From Dehalococcoidia bacterium (lineage in GTDB: Bacteria > Chloroflexota > Dehalococcoidia > Lucifugimonadales > JAGWBF01): a stretch of 64,000 nt of DNA. Made by a program: the position numbers and the translations under genes. How positions within the stretch are numbered: position 1 is the first letter of the stretch; each line of letters begins with the position of its first letter. Positions 55,270 to 64,000 of the stretch are shown one piece after another. The notes below the pieces were generated by a model. The model saw nothing but the letters and a program-made list of their open reading frames with translations, was not told where the DNA came from and ran no database searches. Location: positions 11,369 to 75,368 of the forward strand of contig CBDFKS010000003.1 of NCBI GenBank assembly GCA_965248905.1, in the 5' to 3' direction.

Positions 55270-55547
55270 CGTGGATTCCTTATATCATATCTGAAACATC
55301 TGCGAGGTTTACCTTTGCCGGGTGGCTAGATGAAGTTCCAGCTCAAGCTATGGCCGTCTGAGGTGTCTTTGAAGTTGGAAAGCTCTTTTATAGGCTTATC
55401 TAAGACCTCATCCTCGACTTGGCATGTAATCAGGGGTACAAAGAGGCACGCAGATTAGTTCACGCACGCTCTAAATACAACCTAGGGCACCAACGTGCCC
55501 TTATGAACTCGTTCATAATGATGGGTGACAGTTAGAATAGAGTCATT

Positions 55548-56777
55548 ATGAAGATAGTAGGAGCGAGAAAATCGGGGTCCAAAGTCATAAGCAGAGTCCA
55601 GGAGATTAGCAGGTCTGCGAAGGCAAGATTGAAGTGGATGGATTACTACCGAGCGCATGAGAACAACGCTTCTCTGACTTGCCGGTACTTCGGGATCAGC
55701 CGTCAGACCTTCTATCGATGGAAGCGACGGTACAATCCCAGGGATCTGAGGAGCTTGGAAGAGAGGAGTCACAGGCCTAGGTGCCTACGGCAGCCCACCT
55801 GGTCCCGGAAACTGGCTCTAGCGGTGTTGCACCTAAGGGAGCAGTATCCCAGGTGGGGAAAAGACAAGCTGGTAGTGCTACTGAGGCAGAGGGGGTGGCA
55901 GGTATCCACCTCCATGGTGGGACGGATCTTGGCCCAGCTGAAGCTGCGTGGGGTGCTCAAGGAGCTTCCTAGGACAGGCATCTCTACCCGCAAGAGGCGA
56001 TGGCAGCGTCCCTATGCCGTCCGTAAGCCCAAAGGGTATGAGATAAAGAGGCCGGGAGATGTAGTTCAGGTAGACACTCTGGATGTAAGACCTCTACCAG
56101 GCGTGGTTCTCAAACACTTCACGGCCCGTGATATGGTCTCTCGATGGGACGTGGTAGAAGCTCACACCAGAGCTACTGCCACCACAGCGGCAGGCTTCTT
56201 GGAGCGCTTACTGCAGAGGATGCCCTTTCCTGTGAGAGCTATACAGGTGGACGGAGGCTCAGAGTACCAGGCAGCCTTTGAGGAGTCCTGTGAGCAACGA
56301 GGACTTAAACTATTCGTTCTTCCACCTCGCTCCCCCAAGCTTAACGGCTGTGTAGAGCGGGCACAGCGTACCCACACCGAGGAGTTCTATGAAGTCACTA
56401 ATTTCTCTCTAGATGTGGCCTCCCTGAACCGGGAGCTTCTGGCTTGGGAGAATATCTATAACACCATTCGCCCTCACCAAGCCCTGGGCTATCTTACTCC
56501 TCTCGCCTTCTGGAAGCGCTGGCAGGAAGAACACCCACCTGACAAAGAAAACGGAACGCCGGACAAAGTGCCCGACATTCCGTCTCCCTCTGACATTCCT
56601 AGTGTACCACACACTACCCTAAAGGAGGTCAAGTGTCACCAATCTACTGGACGAGTACACCTTATTGCACATTATATGAGAATAGCCTATAATGTCAAGG
56701 TAACTGCCTTCCTGAGCAGTAGGGTGAACGCCCCTCAAACCGGCTCACGGCTCCTCCATCTATCTTTTCAGGCGTGA
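55548..56777 (+). CDS. IS481-family transposase (HTH plus rve integrase core)
   Basis: FGISRQTFYRWKRRY, VQVDT, AIQVDGGSEY, PRSPKLNGCVERAQRT. Possible imperfect IRs lie at about 55522-55536 and 56629-56642. The ORF tail beyond about 56640 is probably read-through. Confidence 0.8.
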   Translation: MKIVGARKSGSKVISRVQEISRSAKARLKWMDYYRAHENNASLTCRYFGISRQTFYRWKRRYNPRDLRSLEERSHRPRCLRQPTWSRKLALAVLHLREQYPRWGKDKLVVLLRQRGWQVSTSMVGRILAQLKLRGVLKELPRTGISTRKRRWQRPYAVRKPKGYEIKRPGDVVQVDTLDVRPLPGVVLKHFTARDMVSRWDVVEAHTRATATTAAGFLERLLQRMPFPVRAIQVDGGSEYQAAFEESCEQRGLKLFVLPPRSPKLNGCVERAQRTHTEEFYEVTNFSLDVASLNRELLAWENIYNTIRPHQALGYLTPLAFWKRWQEEHPPDKENGTPDKVPDIPSPSDIPSVPHTTLKEVKCHQSTGRVHLIAHYMRIAYNVKVTAFLSSRVNAPQTGSRLLHLSFQA

Positions 56778-57095
56778 TTGCAGCCTGGCGTGGCTTGACA
56801 AGAAATAGGCACAGTCGTACAATCCCAATAGCGGGACATATCTCCACAAGGGTGTTAGAGCCGTTTAGCAAGACCCTTTCCAGGCAAGCCCTCATCATAG
56901 AGCCGATACTAGGTCAAGCCACTTAGCCTGCGATGGTCTAAGCACCCCAATTAAGCCGAGCTTCACAAATATTCAACATTCACACAAAGGTCGGGGGGAT
57001 CGGTCTCTTACACACTGTATCTCCACATAAAGCATCACGAAAGAGGTTGTCGTGATGCCGGGAAACCTCGATGTACAAACTGCAGGTTATCAAAT

Positions 57096-57123
57096 GGAGG
57101 GGGGCATCCGTGCCCTCCTTTTT
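57096..57123 (+). terminator. Possible intrinsic terminator
   Basis: A GGAGGG...CCCTCC stem followed by TTTTT. The stem is short and the loop is large. Confidence 0.25.
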
Positions 57124-57213
57124 CATAGAAAAAGGCTGCCGGAATCGATATCAGTATCTAGAGCTGTGATGCGGCTATGGTAAGACTTAAGTGGAATAAA
57201 TAGCTGAGCTCTT

Positions 57214-58269
57214 ATGTGGAAAGAGATGAAGCTGATCGTAATGGTCCCCTGCCTGAACGAGGAGGCAACCCTGCCCAGGGTTATCAACTCCATCCCGACC
57301 CGGATCGATGGGATCAGCCAGGTCGAGATACTAATCGTGGACGACGGCTCCACAGATGACACCGTTAACGTAGCACGACGCTGTGGGGCAGACCACATCC
57401 TGAAGCTTAAACAGAATATGGGTCTCGCAAAAGCCTTTCAAGCTGGGATAGATGCCAGCCTGGACATGGGCGCCGATATCATCGTCAATACTGACGGCGA
57501 CAATCAGTACCCGTCGGATGCAATCCCCGCTCTAATCGAACCCATTTTGAACGGGAAGGCCGATATCAGCATTGGGGACCGCCGGACCCATACTGTAGAT
57601 GAGTTCTCCTACGTCAAGAAGCGGCTACAACGCTTGGGGAGCTGGATGGTGCGAGTGCTCTCCGGCGTGAAGGATGTACCGGATGCAGTCAGTGGCTTTC
57701 GTGCCTACAGCCGCTATGCGGCATCACGGATCTATCTTACAAGCTCCTACAGCTACACCATAGAAAGCATTATTCAAGCCGGCAAAAGGGGCCTCAAGAT
57801 CGAAAGTGTGCCCATAGAGCGGAATTCCGACACCAGGCCCTCTCGCCTCTACAAAAACCTCCTGGGGTTCCTGGCCAGGTCGGGGACCACGCTTCTTCGT
57901 TCATATGCGCTATACGAGCCGCTAAAAATCTTCACGATGATAGGTGTTCTCAGCTTCATCGCCGGTCTGGCCTTAGGAGGTAGGTTCGTCTACTTCCTTG
58001 CCCTGGGCGAGGGTCAAGGCCACGTGCAGTCCCTGATCCTGGCTGCGGCTCTCCTGATCGGTGGACTGACCGTTGCGATGGGAGGATTGCTGGCGGACCT
58101 TATCGCCGCCAACCGCCGCCTGCTTGAAGAGCTGGTCTGGAGAGAGAAGGCCTCTCGCCACGGACTCCTTGGCTCCATGCATGGAAGTGGAGCGCTGGCG
58201 AGCAAGTCGTCACACGGGTTAAGGGAGTCACCCTCGACCGAGGAAATTCCCACCGGGACGCCTTCATGA
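57214..58269 (+). CDS. GT2 glycosyltransferase, polyprenyl-phosphate sugar synthase type (GtrB/ArnC/Dpm1-like) with C-terminal TM helices
   Basis: VMVPCLNEE, LIVDDGSTDDT, NTDGDNQY (DxD) and two C-terminal TM helices. Confidence 0.8.
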   Translation: MWKEMKLIVMVPCLNEEATLPRVINSIPTRIDGISQVEILIVDDGSTDDTVNVARRCGADHILKLKQNMGLAKAFQAGIDASLDMGADIIVNTDGDNQYPSDAIPALIEPILNGKADISIGDRRTHTVDEFSYVKKRLQRLGSWMVRVLSGVKDVPDAVSGFRAYSRYAASRIYLTSSYSYTIESIIQAGKRGLKIESVPIERNSDTRPSRLYKNLLGFLARSGTTLLRSYALYEPLKIFTMIGVLSFIAGLALGGRFVYFLALGEGQGHVQSLILAAALLIGGLTVAMGGLLADLIAANRRLLEELVWREKASRHGLLGSMHGSGALASKSSHGLRESPSTEEIPTGTPS

Positions 58270-59498
58270 CCGATCGCAAACTCAGAGTCCTCGTGATGAC
58301 CAGCACCTTCCCACGTTGGACCGGGGATACCCAACCTCCCTTTGTATACAATCTCTGTGCCAAGATGGCACCAAAATTTGAGATAACGGTCCTGGCTCCC
58401 CACGGACCTAAATGCCAGTTAAACGAGCAGTGGGGCAACATCAAGATTGTTCGCTTCAGATATTTTTGGCCGGAACGTCTTGAACGGCTGGCCTACGGAG
58501 GAATTTTACCCAACCTAAAGAGGAATAAGCTTCTCTGGCTTCTGGTGCCCTTCTTCTTCATAGCTGAGCTAATCGCAGCATTTCGCGTGAGCCGCTCGCG
58601 CCGCATCGACGTGCTTCACGCTCACTGGGTAATTCCCCAGGGCATAATCGCTTCACTGGTAGGTTGGACAAGCCATATTCCGGTGCTGATCACCTGCCAT
58701 GCCGCCGACGTCTACGGTCTTCGAGGTAGCTTTAAAGATAGGGTAAAGCGTTGGACACTAAACCGGTGTAGCTATATCACCACCGTCAGCCAAGGTCTCC
58801 TGGAGGCATTAAGGGAGTTGCGCGTTAATGTCCAGATCCCAGCCGCGGTGATATCTATGGGCGTAGACACTGATGCGTTCAACCCGGGGAAGCGCGACGA
58901 AGGGTTGCGTCAGCAGCTTTGTGATAGAGGGCCCATCCTGCTCTTCGTGGGGAGACTGGTGGAGAAGAAGGGGGTCCGGCACCTGCTGGAGGCCATGCCA
59001 ACTGTACTACGAGAGTTTCCCGACGCGGTTTTGGCGATAGTGGGCGATGGACCCCTGAGCGACGATCTGGAATGTCTCGCAGACTCTTTAGGCATAAGGA
59101 GTCACCTACGCTTTGTAGGTCCTGTTACGCCAGATGATTTGCCTCCCTACTACGCCTCAGCCGATCTGTTCGTTGGCCCTTCCATAGTTGCCGATGGGGG
59201 CGACACCGAAGGACTTCCAGTAGTTTTTTTGGAAGCTATGGCGTCGGGATGCCCAACCATCGGCTCTGCAGTGGGCGGAGTCAAGGAGGTGATCGTTTCG
59301 GGACGGACTGGGATGCTGGTGCCAGAAAGGGACCCAGAAGCTTTGGCCACCGAAATATGCAATGTGTTGCGAGACGACCGTTTAAGAAGTCGCCTCAGGG
59401 ATGAAGCGCTGGCCCTGGTAAAGGAGCGTTTCGAACAGCAGCTCCTGGCGGACAGATATGAAGAGGTGATTTCTGCTGTGGGTGCAGGCGCCCGATGA
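58266..59498 (+). CDS. GT4-family (GT-B) glycosyltransferase
   Basis: RVLVMTSTFPRW.. and an E-x7-E-type region EGLPVVFLEAMASGCPTIGSAVGGVKE. ATGA overlap with the upstream gene. Confidence 0.8.
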   Translation: MTDRKLRVLVMTSTFPRWTGDTQPPFVYNLCAKMAPKFEITVLAPHGPKCQLNEQWGNIKIVRFRYFWPERLERLAYGGILPNLKRNKLLWLLVPFFFIAELIAAFRVSRSRRIDVLHAHWVIPQGIIASLVGWTSHIPVLITCHAADVYGLRGSFKDRVKRWTLNRCSYITTVSQGLLEALRELRVNVQIPAAVISMGVDTDAFNPGKRDEGLRQQLCDRGPILLFVGRLVEKKGVRHLLEAMPTVLREFPDAVLAIVGDGPLSDDLECLADSLGIRSHLRFVGPVTPDDLPPYYASADLFVGPSIVADGGDTEGLPVVFLEAMASGCPTIGSAVGGVKEVIVSGRTGMLVPERDPEALATEICNVLRDDRLRSRLRDEALALVKERFEQQLLADRYEEVISAVGAGAR

Positions 59499-61204
59499 CT
59501 CAACATGCGGCTAAGGTCCCTATTTTGCAGCCAGGCGCTTTTGAACACTACGCACGTGCCAAGCTACACGCAGCAGCGGAAGCATTAAGACGTACCCTGT
59601 CCACTTCGCCAAAAACGACGCTTAATCCCGAGAATCCGGCCAACATTGTTCTTAGAACTATCCTGTTCCGTGGACCGCTGGTCCTGGGAGCACTCTTCCT
59701 GTTGGTCGCCGGCATCTGGTTTGCATTGGACGTTAAAGGATACACTCCGGTCGCCCCTGACGATCTGCGCATACAGGTATATACCAACGAACTTCTAAAG
59801 AATCCCGGGGCGTTGATCCCAGGCTCGATAATGTTGGACCGTCAGCTTCCGTTGCTCCAATATTTCACCTATGTATCGGTGGTTGGACTGTTCGGTTGGG
59901 ACTTTCCGATAGTGCTAATACCGTTAATTTTCTCCGTAGCTCTGACCATTGTTGTTGGGTACGGTGCATACAAAGCAACGGGGGAGCCGTGGGCCGCCGT
60001 TATCGCCGCCTTCGCTATCGCATCCCTACCTCTGTTCGCCCTCCAAGCTCGAACTCTTCAGTTCTATCCTGCGGTGCTGTTCTTCGGCTATGGAGGACTT
60101 ATTGCGGCCTTGATTTACATCAGGAACGGCAGCAAATGGGCGCAGATGGGAGCCATTGCCGGCCTGGTGGGGGCACTTTACTCTTACAACATCGGTATTC
60201 TGTTCCTGCCTATACCTCTTCTCTACCTGTTGGTCCATCGCAATCGTGAGATCATGACTCGAATGGTCCAAATCTATTCATTTGTCGTCGTTCTGGCGAT
60301 ACCCTTTTTCATCTGGCACATGGCTATCGGGGGCACAGATGGATTCTTCTCCCAAGAGACTGGTTGGATCGCCCAGGAGGGGCACCTGCTCATCAGAAAC
60401 CTGGAGTTTTGGGGCTACGGAAGCGCCTCATCCTCGGACTTCATAGGTAAGCTGCCCGGTATGCTGGAGGACGCCGCTGGATTCCTCATCTTCCCTTTAT
60501 TGGGTCTGGGTATCCTTGGACTCATGAGGCTTCCCGGTTGGCAATGGAAGGCTGTCATTCTCATTGCCCTTGCCATCCCTGTAGGAGCATTGGTATATAC
60601 CAGCCCGGCAGCGCTGCCCAGGTACGTGTACATCCTGTTGCCTGCGCTGGTCATTTTGGCGGTCTACGGCCTCGCAGGTGTGGTCCAGTTTATGCGTCCC
60701 CGAAGATGGGCCCTGGCTCTTGCGCCTCCGGCAGGTATCGTTATCCTGGCGTTCTTGGGGCTCGCTATAGTCGACAATGGAAGGGCTGAAGCCGTTGAGG
60801 CTAGTAGTTCCGTTACCTCTGCAGCTCAGCACGAGCTAGCCGAGATGGCTGAACGTATCGATGACGACAAAGCCGTATTCGGTACTCGTGCATGGGCATT
60901 CGCACCCTATTTGCACAGCAACTTACTATTGGGACAACGAGCCATCACGGAGGACGACTTCATAGCATTTCTGTCCTGGAGTTCCGAAGGGACCGTAGCT
61001 AGGGTGTTCCAAACAAACGACGTTGGCTGGGTCCTGCTTCGCAAGCCCGCTCGGGTGTGGGAGGTAAACTATCACGTGTGGCTTAGGGAAGTAAATGGCA
61101 AATTGCCACGCCATCACCTGAGACTTGAAAGAAGCAATCTGGTCAAGCCTGCCTACAACGGTAGGCACTACGTTTTGTACAAAGTTCGCCAAGCTGCTCT
61201 CTAA
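59495..61204 (+). CDS. Polytopic membrane protein, GT-C (ArnT/PMT-like) glycosyltransferase candidate
   Basis: At least 10 hydrophobic helices followed by a ~150-aa soluble C-terminal domain. ATGA overlap with the GT4 gene. The family call rests on context and architecture. Confidence 0.55.
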   Translation: MTQHAAKVPILQPGAFEHYARAKLHAAAEALRRTLSTSPKTTLNPENPANIVLRTILFRGPLVLGALFLLVAGIWFALDVKGYTPVAPDDLRIQVYTNELLKNPGALIPGSIMLDRQLPLLQYFTYVSVVGLFGWDFPIVLIPLIFSVALTIVVGYGAYKATGEPWAAVIAAFAIASLPLFALQARTLQFYPAVLFFGYGGLIAALIYIRNGSKWAQMGAIAGLVGALYSYNIGILFLPIPLLYLLVHRNREIMTRMVQIYSFVVVLAIPFFIWHMAIGGTDGFFSQETGWIAQEGHLLIRNLEFWGYGSASSSDFIGKLPGMLEDAAGFLIFPLLGLGILGLMRLPGWQWKAVILIALAIPVGALVYTSPAALPRYVYILLPALVILAVYGLAGVVQFMRPRRWALALAPPAGIVILAFLGLAIVDNGRAEAVEASSSVTSAAQHELAEMAERIDDDKAVFGTRAWAFAPYLHSNLLLGQRAITEDDFIAFLSWSSEGTVARVFQTNDVGWVLLRKPARVWEVNYHVWLREVNGKLPRHHLRLERSNLVKPAYNGRHYVLYKVRQAAL

Positions 61205-61233
61205 ATAATCGAACAGCAGCTCAGGATGGTTGG

Positions 61234-61968
61234 ATGATAACAAAACTTTTCCGGGAGCGTGCAATACGCAACCCGGTGGCCTTCGTCGGCAGGGTGCTTT
61301 ACAAGCTCACTATCGAGAAGATGAAGTACGGACGTGGGAACGACTACGCCGCCGAAAGTTACTGGACGGACAGGTTCAACAAGTTCGGCACGTCCTTGAA
61401 AGGCCCTGGCTACGATGGCTTGTCAGAAAAAGCCAACCTTGAAATGTACGAGGACGCCGGTGAACGTTTCGCTGAGTTTTGTGCTCAACAAGGCATTAAT
61501 TTCGATAGCAAGCGAGTGCTGGAAATAGGCTGTGGAACGGGCTTCTACACAAACCGCATATCTAAAATGGCGCCGGACATCGACTACACCGGCATAGACA
61601 TCACCGATGCCCTATTCCCCACCATCCAAAGCCGCCATCCATCGTTCAAGTTCATCAAGACGGACGTGAGCCAGCCTAGACCTGATATAGGACCCTTCGA
61701 CATAATAGTGATGATCGACGTGATCGAGCACATCGTGACTCTCGAGAAGCTTCAAGCAGCCATGGCTAATATCAAATCGTGGCTGGCCCCAGGAGGCGTA
61801 TTCGTCGTGGGGCCTCTGGTTCGAGACCAGAGGAATCGTAAAGAGTTTTACTACGTTCATTGGTGGACCATACAACCCCTCGAGCAGGCGTTCGATGGCT
61901 ATCGTTTCAGTGAGAAAGTGCCTTTCCGGACCCAGCATATCGTTGCCATCTCCGCACCCGATGCCTGA
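61234..61968 (+). CDS. Class I SAM-dependent methyltransferase
   Basis: The motif I sequence VLEIGCGTGFYT and the acidic motif II/III region. Confidence 0.75.
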   Translation: MITKLFRERAIRNPVAFVGRVLYKLTIEKMKYGRGNDYAAESYWTDRFNKFGTSLKGPGYDGLSEKANLEMYEDAGERFAEFCAQQGINFDSKRVLEIGCGTGFYTNRISKMAPDIDYTGIDITDALFPTIQSRHPSFKFIKTDVSQPRPDIGPFDIIVMIDVIEHIVTLEKLQAAMANIKSWLAPGGVFVVGPLVRDQRNRKEFYYVHWWTIQPLEQAFDGYRFSEKVPFRTQHIVAISAPDA

Positions 61969-62045
61969 TATCCTGGTAACAAATCCGGGTTTGGTAGAAT
62001 TAAAGTAATTATCCCTTGACATCAAGTAACATTTGTGGAAGTGAA

Positions 62046-62864
62046 ATGACCACCGAAAGACCAACTATAGGAGTCCGAGTAATTGAATCGGGACCAATGC
62101 TTATGGCCCCTGACTTTCTTAGCTCTGGTAACAATCTACTGCGCCTTCTTGGGGAAGTTGACATCGCACTCTCTCCCAGCCTGTCCCGAACCACTGATTG
62201 GTCAATATCGGAACTGTCTCGGCGCAGCCCGGCTGTTCTTGTAATCGAACCAATTGTCCGTGAAGGACATCTGGACAATAGGGACGCAATCATTGACACC
62301 GTAATGAAAGGCATTGCGACCCTCAAAGAACGGGACATTAGGCCCCGTTATTTCTCGGACCAAGCCTTGAACAGCACCAGAGAGCTTGTATCTATCCTCG
62401 GTAATCATGTGCACTCGATTGAGGTATTCACACCAAACACCCGTATAGTATGCTCTGAGACTATCGCCGCTAATGTTCGAGAGATATTACACCCTGGGCG
62501 TGAAATGGTTGGTTCGGTCGAGGGCTTGCTAGAAGCAATGAACTCCCATCGGGGGTTCACGTTCGCATTATACGAGCCGGTGCTTGCCTCAAGGATTGAC
62601 TGTCAGCTTGATTCCAGTCTTGATATAGATACTCTTGGGCATTTGAAGCAGCAAGTTTATGGCCTCTATGAACACAGAGTCCGAATTTCTGGCACACTTC
62701 GAACGAATCGCAAGGGGGAGGTTCGGTCAGCTGTTATTCGTGAGGTCGAGGCACTTCGGACAGGAGCCCAGTTTACGGACGCAAGGGTTTTCTCTGGCAT
62801 TTTTGATATCACTGGCGGATTAGATGCTTCCGAGTATGTGAGGAGAATGAGGGATGCCAGATAA
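62046..62864 (+). CDS. Uncharacterised 272-aa protein, upstream partner of the PIN gene
   Basis: ATG at 62046 after ggaag (TTG 62016 is an alternative). No recognised motif. It overlaps the next gene by 11 nt. Confidence 0.6.
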   Translation: MTTERPTIGVRVIESGPMLMAPDFLSSGNNLLRLLGEVDIALSPSLSRTTDWSISELSRRSPAVLVIEPIVREGHLDNRDAIIDTVMKGIATLKERDIRPRYFSDQALNSTRELVSILGNHVHSIEVFTPNTRIVCSETIAANVREILHPGREMVGSVEGLLEAMNSHRGFTFALYEPVLASRIDCQLDSSLDIDTLGHLKQQVYGLYEHRVRISGTLRTNRKGEVRSAVIREVEALRTGAQFTDARVFSGIFDITGGLDASEYVRRMRDAR

Positions 62865-63390
62865 GCTCAATAGATGGTACATGGGGTCTGACACCTGGAT
62901 TTCTCTAATCTCAAACCTCGATACAGCAGAGGCGATAGACCGGCGTTCTAATCTTGAATACTTCCTTCAGGAAGCCATGAATGGAACGGCCCAGCTCTTT
63001 GTTTCAACAGCAACCATCGTGGAGGTAGTGCGAACGGAATCTGTCGGGCTTCCCACTGCACAAGTACCCATAGAGGTACGGCAAAAGATTGCCGACCTCT
63101 TTGAAGAACCGTATATCACGCCAATACCGCTAGACCCTGCTAGGGCAGTAGAAGCTAGGGAGTTGAGGTGGCAGCATTCTTGGCTCAAGACGATGGATGC
63201 CATAGAACTCGCCGGTGCGCTCTATGCCAGGGTGGATATCATGTACACTTATGATGGCTCTGGTGGGAAACGGGGCCTTATTAACCTAGACGGGCTTGTT
63301 GGAACTCCACCTTTGCGAATTATGATGCCTAAATACGTAGGAGGGATACAATCAACCTACTTGCAAAGTCCTTCCAACCACGATGCTTGA
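62854..63390 (+). CDS. PIN-domain nuclease-like protein (VapC-like fold prediction)
   Basis: Acidic residues sit at the expected PIN positions: D13 (YMGSDTWI), E57 (TIVEV), D124 (TMDAIELAGA) and D142 (MYTYD). Confidence 0.6.
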   Translation: MPDKLNRWYMGSDTWISLISNLDTAEAIDRRSNLEYFLQEAMNGTAQLFVSTATIVEVVRTESVGLPTAQVPIEVRQKIADLFEEPYITPIPLDPARAVEARELRWQHSWLKTMDAIELAGALYARVDIMYTYDGSGGKRGLINLDGLVGTPPLRIMMPKYVGGIQSTYLQSPSNHDA

Positions 63391-63506
63391 TGCTGTGGGA
63401 TAATTGCCACAATAAATGATGCCTATGCTGACCTGGCAGATAACTCACAGGGCTTTAGAAAGGTCTTGTGCCCAGTTACCTCAGGTGGAGAGTTGAAGAG
63501 ACATAA

Positions 63507-64000
63507 ATGCGATTAATAGTGACCACAGTAGCCCGAGACGCACCTCTAGAGCAGCATGGATATGTGTACGTGTTGGACTGGGAAAAGAAGGAGGTGCTTC
63601 ATCGGTTTCAACCTCCGCTACCACTTCTTAGAGACCCTGGACCCCGAGGTGGCAGCAGGGGTTTCCGGGGCATAACCTTCATCGGAGACCATTGCTACAT
63701 CGCTAATCACGACTCTATCTTCGGCTACGATTCTTCCTGGAACCTGGTGAATTCAATCACCCATCCCCTGTTTACCGGTCTCCACGAGATAGAGGCCGAT
63801 GGCGATAGCATCTGGGTTACATCCGCGGGCACCGATGCGGTATTAAGGGTAGACCTCTCGGGAGAGATATTGGAGGAGTACTTCCTTGGTGAGCTATCCG
63901 ATGAGGACCGTGCCACACTTGACATGCGCGCTCGCTATGTAGACCACGACGCCGATCATCGCTCCAGCCGACCGGAAACGGGCACTCATGTCGCCCATCC
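63507..64000 (+). CDS. Hypothetical protein, 5' part (open to the window end, absent from the ORF track)
   Basis: I translated it by hand from ATG 63507: MRLIVTTVARDAPLEQHGYVYVLDWEKKEVLHRF...GITFIGDHCYIANHDSIFGYD...IWVTSAGTDAVLRVDLSGE. There is no stop before position 64000. The repeats look like a beta-propeller. Confidence 0.5.
   Translation, partial: MRLIVTTVARDAPLEQHGYVYVLDWEKKEVLHRFQPPLPLLRDPGPRGGSRGFRGITFIGDHCYIANHDSIFGYDSSWNLVNSITHPLFTGLHEIEADGDSIWVTSAGTDAVLRVDLSGEILEEYFLGELSDEDRATLDMRARYVDHDADHRSSRPETGTHVAH

Overview
This is a 64-kb bacterial chromosomal window. Spot counts on individual 60-nt lines give about 55-62% GC in most genes. TGA, TAA and TAG all serve as stops, and there is no rRNA or CRISPR array. 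Housekeeping genes (carB, leuB, msrB, tRNA-Leu-CAA, an otsA/otsB-like pair) are mixed with accessory catabolic genes. These include hydantoinase A/B, a tandem family III CoA-transferase, a thiolase with a DUF35 partner, an epimerase and several alpha/beta hydrolases. There is also a MacB/FtsX-type ABC locus with two giant permeases and a four-gene glycosylation operon. The gene content resembles Chloroflexota/SAR202-like genomes, but I cannot verify that without a database search. The window is rich in mobile and repetitive DNA. It holds four IS families (a 5'-truncated IS1182-like element, IS3, two copies of an IS4-family element, and IS481-like) and at least two families of short palindromic REP-like repeats. 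The observations I consider most worth following up are: (1) both IS4-family copies sit exactly on the apex of a GC-rich 9-bp-stem hairpin inside a REP-like repeat, each with an 11-bp target duplication centred on the loop; (2) an in-frame TGA joins two ORF-track fragments into a 190-aa UGSC-motif selenoprotein gene; (3) a visibly AT-richer two-gene cassette at 62.0-63.4 kb pairs an uncharacterised 272-aa protein with an overlapping PIN-domain nuclease, which may be an atypical toxin-antitoxin or defence pair; (4) several recent local duplications break reading frames (a 23/25-bp ectopic copy in the second FtsX permease and a perfect 55-bp tandem duplication in a secreted protein gene), and a TGA replaces a conserved Trp codon in a dehalogenase-like hydrolase; (5) a JAMM/MPN+ gene abuts a 759-aa HExxH protein with no ubiquitin-like partner. 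All functional calls come from motif recognition by eye, and no searches were run.
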